The notes beneath the pieces are model-generated. The model was given only the letters and a program-made list of their open reading frames with translations, was not told the origin of the DNA and did no database searches. The translations under genes were made by a program, and so were the position numbers. Below, piece by piece: positions 27,041 through 41,508 of a stretch of DNA of 64,000 nucleotides (the stretch's first letter is position 1; each line of letters begins with the position of its first letter). The DNA lies in the NCBI RefSeq assembly GCF_036321535.1, contig NC_087436.1, forward strand, positions 88,042,001 to 88,106,000, read 5' to 3'. The stretch is from Camelus dromedarius. Its lineage: Eukaryota.

Positions 27041-28610
27041 TAAGGGCTAGACCAGTAGTAAAGTTGTGATCTAAAAAAGCTGTAATGACTCTGGAATTTG
27101 ATAAGTTACTGCAGGTCACCAAAGAACAAAAATGGATTTCACCAATGGGAATTGTTGAGTCAGATAAAACATAATAGAAAATAAAGAAAAATCTAGAATA
27201 TTCTGTGAGTAGATGGTATGACAGTGGCCAAATTTATAATAAACAAGTAAACAGCTTTGAACTTGTAGTACATGGGGATACTTAAGGAATGTGGGTGCTC
27301 TATGTGATTTGAGCTTATGGCAAGGAAGAAGGAAGAGGAATACTGAAAACAAATGTTTGGGTTAGATTGGGTTAGAACAAATGATCGGGTTAGAAGTGTG
27401 AAGGCTATTAGGATAGATTATACAGTGGTTGAACAGTAAGAGGGAGAACAGATTAAAGGCAGAGACTTTAGCTATTGTATATAATTCAGGCTGGAATGGA
27501 AAGAGTCTCAAACTAGGGCATTAATGGTGCAAGTGGCTGCAGAAAAAATGAGATAAATAACAGAAACAAAATAAGTAGAAGCTGACACAAAGTTAAATAG
27601 GAGCAGGTGTTTTGAGTGAAAGTGAAGGGTTAAAGATTTACCACTAGAAAAGATGGTAGTGTGTTCATTTAGGTAAAGAACACAGAGATACTACTGGGGT
27701 AGTAAAGGTGAGTAAGATAATTTTTCCTTTGTGTATGTTAAGCTGGAGCTACTACTGATCTAAACCCTGTGGAAATATTTGATTGGTAGCTGGGGATTCT
27801 TTTTGGGAACTCACAAGAGATGGTAAACAGAAATAGAGATTTTTACATCATGTACATGAGGGCGATAATTAAAGTCAAAAGAGCAGACAGTGATATCAAG
27901 GGAAAGAGAATAGTATTATGATTGTCCTATAATAGAGAAAGGCAGAGTACAGTGAACTGAGGAAAGGAGATTAATCAGCCTGAGAACAGTTTTAGCAGGA
28001 TGATATAACTTCAGGGAGTAACTCTTTGGATTTGAAGGGAATGGATATGTGATTTACCAAGATCACATTGTAGGTTAGAAGTGGGATGATAATAGTGAAG
28101 GTAGAAGTCGAGGATGTAACAGCTGAAGCTTATTTATTCCTTAACACAACTAGGCCATTTTGAGCCTCAAAGGGTTTGTTACTTATCTGAAGCCAAAAGC
28201 CAAGAAGTGACAGAAATGAAGCATTAGGCTCACTCAGCCTGCTGTCCTTCCTCAGAAAGAAGGGAGGAAAGGAACAGAGGAGAGAATAATGATGACCTAA
28301 GAAAGGAGGGAAGTCGAAGTATTATTATGTGTTCTTAATTTTCTTAGCAGCGTAGAATTTAACATTGCTAATGTGATGGTGTGTAAGTGGGTACATGCAT
28401 GCCTGTGAGTTTCTTTCTGATCATTAAAGGAAACTACTCTGAGAAAAGCATCTATGAAATAATGTATCTGAGGTTTAATAAATAGTAACAGGTAAACAAT
28501 CACTAGCCAAAATGTGTATTTCAAAACTGTGCATCTTAACGATATTCAATTTAAATTATTTCACGATTGCTTTCTGCATATCAAATTAATGGGGTTTTTT
28601 AAAAAAAAAA

Positions 28611-28747
28611 CTTTTTTTTCCTTTATTACATTTTGCAGTGAGGAGGTAATTAGGTTTTTTTACTTTTTAATGGTGGCACTGGGGATTGAACCCAGGACCT
28701 TGTGCATGCTAAGCACACACTGTACCCCTGAGCTATACGCCTCCCCC
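28611..28747 (-). mobile_element. tRNA-derived camelid SINE (Vic-1-like, longer form)
   Basis: ggaggtaattaggttt...tggtggcactggggattgaacccaggaccttgtgcatgctaagcacacactgtacccctgagctatacgcctccccc. The reverse strand shows A-box and B-box-like motifs (tagctcaggggt, ggttcaatccc). Confidence 0.85.
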
Positions 28748-31700
28748 TAATGTTTGTTTTTATACCAGTGTATGTATATTCTATAGCATGCATATAAGAT
28801 AAAGGTCTGCTTTAGAATTCAGGATTACAAGAGCTTGTAGATATGAATTAATGACTATAAGGTTTAGTTGGAAATGTAGTTAATCTATAAAATGTTATTT
28901 TCTTCATCAGGGTCTGTGAATTACATAATAGATTGCTAGCATGCAGGTCTCATGGTCAAGTGGACAGTAGGTTACATAAAAACCTAGACGCACAAATATG
29001 AATGGCTTTTGCTAAAAGAATTTAATCTACCACAAAAATGAGGGAACTGGCCTTTTCATTCTCATATTAGAAGCCATAATTAAAGAAGATTAAGGAAGCC
29101 AAAAGATTTGAAGATCAGCTGAGCTTGACTTCAGCCTCAATTTCATTTTCATCTTAGAAGGAAGTTTCAAGAAGGAAGGGCAACCATTGATTAAAATTGC
29201 AGCTTGCAAACTATGCAATCCAATACCTTAGGTTTCTTTCTTCCTAAAAGGAGGCTGATCAGTCCTGGATAATGATACAGGCACATCCAAGCTTACCTGT
29301 TAATCTTATCTTTAGATTGCCAGTGACCAGAAGAGAAGATAGGAAAAAAGACTAACCAATCATCTACCGGCCTAGACTTTATGTATTTTGGTTAGGCCCA
29401 GCATTTTCACAACTCTGCAGTGTCCACTACTTTTTCATATTAAATATTACATATGTATGTAGTTTTAAAAGAGTTTCCTCCAAATTGCATTTTCTATTAG
29501 CTTCTCCTTCTCCTCACATGTTTATTATAACTTGTTATATATTATTTATTATGATTGAGGCACTAGACAGCTGATTGGAAGCCCAGTGTACATGCTTTTT
29601 TTTCAGATGTAATCATCTGAACCATCAATGTCAGATCTTTTGCTGGGGGCTGGTTAGTCTCCTGAGGGGGTTCCTTCAGCAGCCCACACGGAAAGGTCTG
29701 AGCTTGGCTGCTAGCATCCTGAGATCTAGAGGCAGGAGGTAACTGGGGTTTTTGGTATCTGGTATGTACATTTTCACCTAAGCTCCCTGTTGAAGACATG
29801 ATACCTTCAGTATGATACCTCGTCTTCAACTGTAGTACCCCCCAGTCGGCATGTCTGGGTTTTGCCCATTCCCAGGAAGGGCAGTTCCTTTGTAAGTAGG
29901 GTGAAGGGAATGAGAAGGAAGGTCTACACCTTTCCTAAACAATCATTCAGCCCACCCTCTTACTTTTAACTTCACCTTCACCCACACTTTCGTAGCACTG
30001 AAGTTCTCTGATTCCTCAGCCCTTTGGGAGTGCCAGGGTACTGACTGGATTATCTTTCCTTCAGTCTGCGTAGCAAGCTTATTCACTTCCCTCTGATTGT
30101 GACTCAAATGTCATCTTCCCCATGGTCAATATAAAATCTTGAGGTTGCTCTGTTGCAACTTCCTATCCTAAAGTCAGTGTAAGGTGTAGTATGTATTTTC
30201 TTTGCTCTGCCATTAGACTTTTAGCTCTGTGAGGACAAGGATTGTTTAGGAGAGAATGCCATCTGCAGTTGCAAATTATTGAAATATTTCAGCATCATTG
30301 TTATGCCATCAGAATCTTCAATAAACTCCCTTGCTTTTGCTGGAAGCTCCATGCTGCTATTAGTGCCTCCATACATAGATACTACTTAAAAAATCAAATT
30401 AGAATATAAAGGATTATTAGCTTTAGAATCATTATTAATCTAATGACATTATAAAAAGTAGAAATAGTTTTAAAGGTTATATAATAAAAACAATGACCCT
30501 TGCTTCCATTCTGGATCAAATCACGGTCCATACTTTTTCATCTGCCATTTTTCATGTCTACTATTTATCAATCTCTGTAGCAGCTTCCACCTTTTTTGGG
30601 AGGGGAACACAAATGAGAGGTTTTATATGTATATTTTTTCTGTAACTATTTTTATTTTAACAATGTAAATCAGAGAATGTTCTATTATCAGCCCATATAA
30701 ATTTGTTTCATCCTTTCAAACAGTTGAATATTATTTCAATAAAAGAAAGAACTATAAACTTTTTTTTTTTTAACCTGTCTCTGTGGATAGACAATCTGGG
30801 ACTTACACCAATTTGGGGCTGTTATGAAAAAAATGCTACAGTAAATATTCTTGTACCTATGTCTTTGCATTCATCTTTATATGAATATAGACAATAATCT
30901 GTATTCTTTTTTAGTTGTTGTGATTGTGGGTTACATTTACTATAAACATATTTTTAAGTGGTTTATCTTTTCAAAATCTCATATTGCAAGTACATCTGTT
31001 TGACAATGATTGGGTCATCCTCAACCGTAGGTTAATTTAAAGTCCTTGATGAGGTGCTTTTATTTAGTGCAGTACTCTTATTTCACGTCTTTGTATGTAT
31101 GGTAATGTGAGTGTTCTTCTGCATTCAAAAATCATTTCTGAGTTTTTATTATGGAAAAAATAGCTCACCCCCACTGTTTGGTTTAGGGAAAGCTCCTTGA
31201 AGATGTCAAATCTTCAGAAATCTTTGAGGAAGCATGAGTTTGTTGAGAAATGACAAGTGTTAAATATAGGAAAACAGCATAAGTGTTTCTGAAAAGGTTA
31301 CTGCTCTCTTCTGTTCTTCTTGGCCATTACTTTACTATATAAACACGGTATATGAATAATAAACTACTTAGAACAACCTTCCTCAAAGCATGACTGAAGA
31401 CCTGTAAATTTAATATTATAGTGGAAAGGGGGCATCAAGAGGAGGGGATCAAGTAAGTCAGATAAGTTGGGAAGAAACTGCTTATCATCTCCCCTAGCAC
31501 TACCCCCCGCCCAGGTTTTAAATACACAATTCACATTAGGATAGCTCAGTATTTTTCAAACTTTTAGGTACTCTTAGAAACAATGTTCTGTTGGACTTAC
31601 GATGAGATGTCCCGTTCTACTTAAATTTTGGAGCTAGTTACTTGGGTGTACATGTTATTGGACAGGATCATTATTGTGTTGGGTGTCGATAGGGTATAAT

Positions 31701-32440
31701 AGTTGCTTTTAGAGGTAGAAGACCTGTCTATGAGATCATTGCCAAAGTGTGCTTAGCCTAGCAGGGCTCAAGTGCCAAGGACGTGCCAAAAACCTGTCCT
31801 TATCAAGAAAGTCAAGTGCCATGAAGTTCAGGCATTTTACTGACCCCAGTTAAATTAGTTTAAAACACAATTCTCTGATAGTTGGATAAAGAATTTTACA
31901 GTTCAGAGGCAAGTACATTTGTGAGCATATTTTCATGGAGATTAGTCATAAATGAGAGAAGGAAATTGGGACTCTATTGGATAGACAAACTTTAAAATAT
32001 GTGTATTTCTGAATTCTAGTTTTTCTCATAGAATGGCATTTGTTTTTTCTGTGATACATATTTCAGATAAAAATTCAATATAAAAGCATAATGTGGAAAG
32101 TTTAGAAAATAATCTTAAAAAATCTCAACAAAAGAATCAGTCACCATATATTTGAACATAATCTGAAACATCTCTTATATTCATTCATAAGAGATGATTA
32201 TATGTGGGGTAGCCAGCAAGGCAAGTGTGTAGACTCACAAAAGGGGTCACACTACGTATGCTATTCTAAGTTAAACTAATTACATTAAATGTTTTTGAAT
32301 TAGCAGATTGGAACCTTTTAAAAAAAGATTCTAATTACAAATGAAAACAAAAATGAACCCAGCTCACAAATCTCAATTGTTTATCGTATGTAAGATTTCT
32401 GATATTTTGTATATATTCTTTTTTTTTTTTTTAATTGTAG

Positions 32441-32494
32441 GAGAAGCCATTGTCTAGATCTCTTCAGAGGGGTGAAGATCTTCAGTTTGACCAG
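32441..32494 (+). CDS. FRYL: FRYL exon EKPLSRSLQRGEDLQFDQ
   Basis: Poly-T...aattgtag| and CAG|GTATGC. 54 nt, phase 0-0. Too short for the ORF track. Confidence 0.96.
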
Positions 32495-32914
32495 GTATGC
32501 CAATGTGGGGAAATACTTTTTCCTGAAAGGAAAATATTTATCCTAACAGTCTGGTTCAAATATATCCAGTATTAAGAAACCCCTTTATTTTGTTTAGTGG
32601 TCCTGTATGTCTTTATACACTAGATTCAGTCTGGAAATGGTTGTTTTTTAACAAGACAAGTAGAATGAGCTAACTTTGAACTTTATAGTTCATAGAATGA
32701 GCTGTGAACTTTATTGATTTCTGTACATTAATAAGCATTTTAAAACTTTTTGCTTTTCATTGGCACTCGTTTTATACTGTGCCCTTTGAAAATTTCTCAG
32801 AGTGTTTCTAATTATGTCCCTCAGTCTTTCCTTGTTTACAGTTTTTACATGACAGTATTTCACCTTTTAACATTTATTTTTTTCCTGCTGGGGCTGTCAA
32901 AACCTTTATATTAA

Positions 32915-33290
32915 AAGCTCCCAGCCCAGCTCTCCCCTCTACACCCCATCCTAAAAGCAGAGCCAGAGACAAGAACTGGGTCCTGGAACGAGATCCTAGG
33001 GAGCAGACTTGAGAGTGAAGCTGGGAGGAGGAAAGACTGATAGAAATGTGCATCGTAGAGAGCACTGCTCTGGGCACTGGCGGGTTCATTCCATTCTGAG
33101 AATTATACAGAGTGTCACCTGTCATGGTATGCCTGAAGAATGGGGGTGAGGGGCTGGAATATTTATCTGCAGCCCCTATCCCCAGTAGTTGAGGGTTGCC
33201 CTAAGAGGCATTAACTACATCCCATGCTCACGCCTGTCCTTCCAGCTGTGCTTGTGCAAAGGCGAAGCAGACTATGTTAGAAAGCTAGAG
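32915..33290. mobile_element. Probable degenerate MaLR (MLT1J/K-like) LTR
   Basis: aagcagagccagagacaagaactgggt... and ttgagggttgccctaagaggcattaact resemble old MLT1 LTRs. Confidence 0.4.
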
Positions 33291-33649
33291 AAACTCGAAA
33301 AGAAGATACACAATGGCCAAAAAAAAAGAACCCACCAAAACGAAACCAGACCAAACCAAACCAAACCAAACCCCAAACCCTTTATATAGAATACTAGTAT
33401 CTAAAATTTAGCAGTGGTCCTCTAATATTAATTCCTCTTGCTGAGATTGAATGTTTGAACAAGTGTTATTTTTATCATAGTTATGTTTGCTCAAGAATTA
33501 TTTTATTCCATGTTGATTGTTTGCAAAACCCCATAACCCAGATTAGCTTTGTATAGCCCTCAGTATTCCTGAGCTACTTTTCTCATAATTAATCTTTCTA
33601 GGAAATGGAAGTTAATATTCATATTAGTCTACTTGATTATAGAGAGATG

Positions 33650-33815
33650 ACCAGTCAGAATTACTTGTTGGAGGCTTACCAAAAAAGACTGTGTTTCTGG
33701 ATCCCAGTCCAGTTCTGCTGACTCAATCACCAAGGGTGGTGCTCTGGCACCTGTATTGAACAGCAGCGCCCTAGGTGATTCCGATTCATGCACTTAGTAA
33801 ATAGCCACTGGTCTA
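33650..33815. mobile_element. MER5-like DNA transposon
   Basis: cagaattact...gactcaatc...ctgtattgaacagcagcgccctaggtgattccgat...agccactggtctag. Confidence 0.55.
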
Positions 33816-35449
33816 GGAAGAAACCATAATTGAGAAGGCTAGCCTTCTGTTATGGTGATAAGATCACCTTATGTAACCCTTTTCAAATCTTTCAAAGTAC
33901 TAGTGATTACTAGCTATTAATTAATTATTAATGTATTAATATATTACTGTAATGATATCTAGATTATTCGCATCTTGCATCCACTTTACTAATGAATGAA
34001 AAATCAGAATTTGAAATCTTATTAAACAACATTTTAAGGAAAATTTCCATTTCTTTTCTTACATAAATGATTAATTAAACTATAAATGATCATGCTTCAT
34101 AACTTGATTTCTTTTTCACAATAAAAAGCTATGTTGGGGTAAACTGCTCTAATATATATTTATAGTAGCAGATGGCATTTTGTTGTTTCTTCTCTAGATA
34201 TTTAAAGGGATTTCCTTTGAGTGATGCTGTTCACTGTTAATATAAATTTTCAAAAATAGTTGAATAAAATTAGAACCTTATTTTTACTTTAATTCTCTAT
34301 ATCAGAAACTATTTGCCTGTTACATTATGATAATTTATAAATAAATGTATTATTAAAGGGAGACAGATTTAATGAAGAAAGGAAGAATAGCATATACAAT
34401 CAAATAAACTGTTTCATTGTTTTCTATTTTCCTGGATAAAATACATTTGGAAGTTATAAAGAATATAAAATATTAGGAAAGTTAAATGTTTAATTCCTAG
34501 AGGTATCAATTTATCTTCATGAACTGATACTTCCTATAGCATGGAACTGAACAAGACCTTAAATATTCCTGCAACCCATAGTTTTTTAGTTAAGAAAAAC
34601 AAAATGAAGCATGTTTTACTATATGCTAATTTAAAAATACTAATTTTACGAGCAGTGGGTTGGATCAGGTACAGAATTTTTTATGAAGAGGGAGTTCTTT
34701 TTCTCTGGATCCTTGAGATGAAGAGAGACCTTCGGGACTGCTAATGGTAGCCAGTGGACCTCTTACCGCCGCTACCGCCATGTTGGATTCATTCGTGAAA
34801 TGAATCTGATAATTCACCTACAATTCAGGCAATTTGAGGGACGGTTCAAATTGAGTAGCATTTGTTCATCCCACTCCATTTACCTTTGTGCTGTCCATTT
34901 ATATATCCTAAGCTTTAAAAGCATCTATTACAGCACATTTCTATTAAGTTTATTTGTGATTCTCACAGATTGCTTATGTTATTATAATTCTCTGTTCTGT
35001 GTCAATAGCAGTAAAGAGTAAACTGGAGCTTTCCCCACAGTTCTAACACAGTGTAGTCTTCTTTGGTTCTGTATCTCTTCATCTCTTCAGTGGCAACATT
35101 TTAGAACATTTCATCCATATCAGCAGAGAGGAACTAGCCAGGGGTAGGAAGTAGGTGTGGTTGTTTGATGGTATGCTTAGCAGCTCACCCAGAGGTATGG
35201 TGTATAATCAGGGATGTTACTGGTGGTCGTGTTTTTATACATGTGAGTAGCAAATGGAGTCAGGAAAAAGGTGGAGAGCCACTGAGCTAACCTGAATGGT
35301 TCTGGTTAAAGTTTAGTAGTTAGTGAAACTTAGCTCACTTTACTTTATTACTTGGCTAAACCCTTAGTCCTTACTTTTATTTTAAAACCCTTGTTTTTGA
35401 GTTACTGTGTTTATTCTGTCTTTAATCTAGAAATGTTACTCATTTCTAA

Positions 35450-35665
<216 letters not shown>

Positions 35666-36059
35666 TAAGTGGAACGTTTTCTACTGTTCTACCTGGGATC
35701 GAAACACTCCCAATGAAGGGGGTACTAGTGTTACCAACTGAAGATATTGTTATTGTTTGGTTTCTAAGCAAAAACATCAATTACTTTTGTTATGAAGTGG
35801 TAACAAGGGGAAAAGATAGTCCACGCTTAAACTGTAAATCAAAGGAAGGTATCAGTTAAGGTAGGTGCAGCCCTGCAGGAGTCATCACTGGAACCAGTCA
35901 TGCAAAACTGAATTCAGGAGTGCCTTTCAGTAGTTCAGTGAGGAGCTTTAACAGTCATACAAGAAGTTAAGAAAATATTCAAAGAAAGACTTATTCAGGT
36001 GGTTTGTGATGGAAAGCAATTGTTGTGATGCAGGAAAACTGCCAAAATTCTATATTCTT

Positions 36060-36157
36060 TTTTTTTTCTTTTAATGGAGATACTAGTGATTGAACCCAAG
36101 ACCTCGTGCATGCTAAGCATGCGCTTTACCACTGAGCTATATCCATCCGCAACTATG
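36060..36157 (-). mobile_element. tRNA-derived camelid SINE (Vic-1-like)
   Basis: Poly-T then aatggagatactagtgattgaacccaagacctcgtgcatgctaagcatgcgctttaccactgagctata. 19-bp TSD with 3 mismatches: gccaaaattctatattctt (36041) / gccaaaaccctgtattctt (36158). Confidence 0.85.
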
Positions 36158-36573
36158 GCCAAAACCCTGTATTCTTATACCGTGAGACTCTTCTTGGTGT
36201 TCAAATCCTAGAACTTGTCTTCTTCTCTTTCCAGTTTCCCAGGGAGATTGTGGTTTTAAATAAAACATCTATTTGTGTTCAGGTGATGGTCTTTAGTTTA
36301 GAATTGGACTTCAGTAGACGCCATCTGTGATTTTTCAACTTGGATTTATGAGAAAGTTATCTGGCACTGTATTTTCATATTTTTCTTCCTCTTACTAATT
36401 CTTTAGGTTAGGTTTAATTTCTGACAGATGTAACAGTGAGAGGTATGTACAAGCTCCTAATGTACAAAAAGAGAAAGATTGTGAATATATATAATACATA
36501 CATGGGGTTATTACAAAAACTTGTGCTAACAATTGCTGTGGGACACCATTCGTACTAGGCACTCAGTAAATAA

Positions 36574-36831
<258 letters not shown>

Positions 36832-39243
36832 TAAAATTACGGCCCACAGAAACAAAATTCTCGTCATTTAATTTTACTTCTTTCTGTTGCCTCAGGCTCT
36901 CGTGTCCTGTACCTCTCACTCCCCATTCTTTTTACCTTCGTTTGCCATCCAAGACATGAAATCATGTTAGCAAAATGGAGCTGAACAGAAACTGTGTTAA
37001 ATATAGGCTTTTAGCTGGAAATATAGTCTGCCTGTCATTCACCTACTTCAATCTTGTTTTACCTCCACTTTCAAAGAAATTCTCTTCCAAAGCCCTCAAG
37101 CCTGCATTTCAACGTGTAATAATTGTGCAGTGATAGTTGAGGAATGGAGGTGATTTGACTTGGATAAGACTGAATTGTCAAGTGCAAGTGATTTGCAGAC
37201 TAGCGAGGACATCTCAGGATAATAAATTATTTATGTTTATTCATTCAGTGAGTATTTGAATACCTGTTGTTCATTGGCATTGTTCTAGGCACTGCACTCA
37301 TGAGCTCAGCATCTGAATGACATAGATAGTAAAGACATAAATATGTAGCATAGTGTAAGAATCATCACATGTATTTTTTACTATTCAAGATGAGTACAAG
37401 TGTATGTATAGACACCTGTACTGATTTGAAAGGGTTTTTTTGTGTGTGTGTGTGACTTTTAGTCTTTAAAAAGTTATATAACATTTAAAGATGATCCATA
37501 TATTTCCAGCCATACACACCGTAATGTTTTGGGAAAAAGTCAGGCCACCTAAAAGAAAAAAAAAATTATATTTTGCATATGACATGTTTGGACAGGGAGT
37601 TTTGCTTTTGTTGTATAAAATGGAATAGAATATATGATATGACAGGAAACAGCAAGTGTAAGAAATAAAAGTTAATTGATAGTCTTTTTTGACATAGGCA
37701 ATATAAAAATATTTCAATTATATAATCTTTATTCTTTGCTTTTGTTTTTACAATGTACATGAGAAGACACGTCTGAATATCTGAGGTCTTCAAATAAAAA
37801 TAGTTTTATTTTGATTTTTTGTTTTTCTTTTGTTTTAAAAAATAATTTTGAATGTGAAATAGATAAATGCGTTAATCAAAGGTAAAGTCACTTTAATTTG
37901 TACCTCTCATAATGGTTTATTTAGTAGATGTGGAAAACAGATTTCCTCTGAAAGTTGTGTTTTCTAAAAGCCAGATGTGCTTTCTGTGATCTCTCAGTTC
38001 AGCTGGGATCCTGAGACCCTCAGGCTGAAGTAAGTAGGGATGGAGAAGGAGCTGAGGACCAGAAACGCCATACCATGAATGAGCTTGGACTTGGGCTCAT
38101 TGTGGTTGGTCCCTAGCATCTCTTCTGAGCAAAATGTAGGTCTTGTGAGTGGTTTGGTGATCAGCGTTTGCGCTTCTTTACTCAGTTAATTCGCAGGTGG
38201 ATTTCTTCTTCCAGCAAAAAGAAGTATAGACTCCCTGCACTGACATTCAGGGCCCTTCCCAATCTGGCTCTGTTGTGCCCTTTTGCCTTTGTTTCCCATG
38301 ACATTCTTCCACTCAACAATCAGTCTCTCTTCTCATCTAAAAGTCCCCCGTAATTGCACTGGCTTCAGAACTTAAGGCACAGACAACCCCTTGGAGGTTT
38401 TTCTTTCTCCTCTTCCCCTTCCTCCTCTCCTCTCCTTTCCCCCTCCCCATTGTCATTGTCTTCATTCTCCTTCTCCTTGTCTTCCTTTAAAAAAAATAAT
38501 AGTCCAGCTATCTCTTCTAGTAGAAAAAAAAATATCGGGATCTGTAAACCTAAGAACATCCTTTCAGCAGGCTCATTTTTCGAATCCCCTGCACAAAATC
38601 CTTTCAGATCCATGGTTCACATGGACTCAAAGCGTTAAAAAAAAAGGCCATACAGTGGTTCGGATAGTTCACCTGTGTTTTCAGTTCTACTACCACATTG
38701 TTCTAACATACAGTTCCCTTTCCACTTACCCTTTCTCTCTTTTACCGTTACCTTCATACTTTCATTCAAATGCAGCCATCAAAGAATAAAATATATCACC
38801 AAGAACATAGATACATGTTATTTAAAATCCTATATGGGTTTTTTTTTCCTTTCCTAGTAAAAGGCAAGCCTTTTTATCCTCTTCAAGACTAATAAAACTA
38901 CAGAAAATGAAGTAAAAATCAATGGAACTTTCTGAAATACCATGACAAACTAACCCAATTTTCATCCGTGTCAAAATGATGTAGGGTTTAATAGATCCAG
39001 AGATTAACCAATGTAATATATCTTGACTTTAATAGGGCTTTTACTTTTGTCCCATGTAATATACATATATTAAAATGTGATTCAGTTTTATTTTGGTGAG
39101 ATGTGGAGTCCCAGGAGTATTGAAATACCGATAAATGGTTGGTTCAGCCTTAAAGAGGAGTAAATACTCTTTATGGGTTAGTCCTTTACCTCATATATTA
39201 TAAATTATTTGTTTCTTGAATAACTTGTCATGTCCTTATCATA

Positions 39244-39279
<36 letters not shown>
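39244..39279 (+). repeat. (AAT)12 microsatellite
   Basis: Counted directly. Confidence 0.95.
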
Positions 39280-39281
<2 letters not shown>

Positions 39282-39349
39282 GTGATAATCACACATATTT
39301 AGAACTCTTCAAAATACATAAAGAACTCTAGATCTGTTGTATAATAAGT

Positions 39350-39540
39350 TTTGGGAGACAGCCATAGCAAGTGTTTTTATCCCAGCTGTGTCATTTACTT
39401 GCTGTGTAACTTGGGCAAGTTATTACCCACAAATTCTTTCCTCCTCTGTAAAAGAGGAATGATAATAGTATCATTTTATAGAATCATGAAAATTAAATAC
39501 GGTAATGCCTGGGACATGGAAAGTGTCCAGTTACTGCTGT
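39350..39540 (+). mobile_element. MIR SINE
   Basis: Core tttacttgctgtgtaacttgggcaagttatt...tttcctcctctgtaaaagaggaatgataatagta. Confidence 0.75.
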
Positions 39541-41492
39541 CTGTTGTTTTTATCTCATAGATTAAACAAATGTTCTTAGTTACAGTGACTTGCTGCAAAT
39601 TATAAAGCTAGTGCTCTTTTTTCAGTAAAATTATTCTTACTGGTAAAATCAGTGATACAAAATTAGGTGAAATGGCCAACATCTTGTAAAATTAAAGTTT
39701 AAATCATAACAAGTTAGACAGAGAATTGAGTTTACATAAATGTGATGAAATTACTATGATTCACCATGGGAACAAAATTAATTCAAGATGATAAAGGACT
39801 AATTTTATTTTTCCAAGAAAGTTGGAAGAATAATTTTGGGGTCATGGCCAACTACAGATATTAGTGTATTAGTACCAGAGGCTTTAGAATCCATGGTAAA
39901 AGCATGTTTAAAAAGCACTATAGCATTTAGGATGTTTGAAGCAATTTTCTTTTTATAGTGAACTTTAACCATACATTTATTCAGTGAAATAAGTAAGATT
40001 GGGAAACCAGGCTTATGAGCTACTTCTAGCTCTTGGCTTAGTTTTATTGGTGCTTATTGTGAAGTATCAGCAGGTGGAGTAGATCCTTAGTATTTTCAGA
40101 CCTAACGTTGGCATTTTGGGTGTTGGTGAACAGCCATGAAGGTTATGGGGTTAGTTATTTGTGATTTTGCTGAGGCAGGAATTTGTTCACTCTCCTTTGC
40201 ATTGAGGGCTGGCTGGTCATTTACATAATGAATGAACCTTGCTGACTCCCCAGTGCCCATATCTGAACTTGGTTTTGTTGTTTTCCACTTTCATGATGTG
40301 CTAAAAGCATTAGCTTTTGGGACGTGGTGGTAGGAGTAGCCTTGGAATAAAGCTTGGGTATGCTTTAGAGTCTTCTAGATATATCCTTCTTGAATGTTCA
40401 AGTAGAATTAGAGCTGCTACTAAAATCACACAAAGGATAAGATCTGAAAATTCTTGATACTATAGATGGGAACATTATTCCATAAAAGTAAGACTTTTTT
40501 TTCTATAAACTGAAGTGGGGTTCTCCCTCTCCCCCTTTTTTGGAGATTCAGTTTCGGAGTATTTTTTTATTATTGAAAATAAGGGGAGAAGTAGGGATGA
40601 GCATTCTGATAATATTCATTTTTAAAATAAAATTTTTAGAGGTTGTACTTTTTTTTCTTCCAGAAATTAAAGATGAGATATATTTCTTCTCACTTCTGCT
40701 CCTGTCTTTTCTAGTTGTACTATAATAAAACTGAAAGTTTTCTTTCCTCATTTGTTTCATTTATTAAATGCATTTTCATATATCAGAAACTGGGCACACA
40801 GTATATTCTAGAGAAGTATGCATCAACTTCTAAACTTCAGTTCCCTCATCTGTAAAAATGGGGGTAAATCCTACCATGTAAGGCTGTTCTAAGTGTTATA
40901 AATAATGCATGTAAAATGCCTAAGTAATATCTTGCACAAAGACAAGTGAAAAGTGTTGGTGGTAGCAATATTAAGGTCGTAATAAAGAGCATACAGCATG
41001 GCTAAATGATGTCCCTAGCTGTCATTGACTTCTGGTGACTACTTAGGAGAAATCACAGGTTTAAGTTGTGTTTCCTATCTCTGGCCTCGAGCACACTAAG
41101 CATCTGTGTAAGGAACTCAAGATAGTAAAACCACAACACAGCACAGTAAGTGGGGCAAAAAAATTAAATCATGTAAAATGTGGTGTTGCATTATTGCAAG
41201 GTCACTGAAATGTCGGGGGTCAGCCTGCGTAATTAGCGCTATGAGTTCTGCATTGAGTTCTGGGAGTCAGCCATAGCCCACTCCTGACTAACATTTGGCA
41301 TCACCTAGTGGTAGAGATGTACTTTGTTTTAACTATCAATGGATAATCGCAGGATGTATACGACAACACCCATGACTTCAGTAACCTTTTTGTTATCTTG
41401 GGGCCTGTTTTGTTTGGCCCAACTTGGGGAAAGTCAGGCTAGGAGAATGCATCTGCCCTGCTGCTTCCCTCACGGGCTCTGGTTTACTGCCT

Positions 41493-41508
41493 CCCCCCCC
41501 CCCCCCCC
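41493..41508 (+). repeat. C16 homopolymer
   Basis: Counted directly. Confidence 0.95.

Noticed and set aside
28670..28747. tRNA gene on the minus strand
   Set aside because: A-box/B-box-like motifs belong to a SINE with an A-rich tail and two related copies in the window. No full cloverleaf.
38354..38789. Overlapping Ser/Pro-rich and Glu-rich ORFs
   Set aside because: Caused by a CT-rich low-complexity tract next to L2-like sequence.
41493..41508. C16 run as a functional G-quadruplex/i-motif
   Set aside because: An isolated homopolymer with no supporting context. Length is also error-prone in assemblies.
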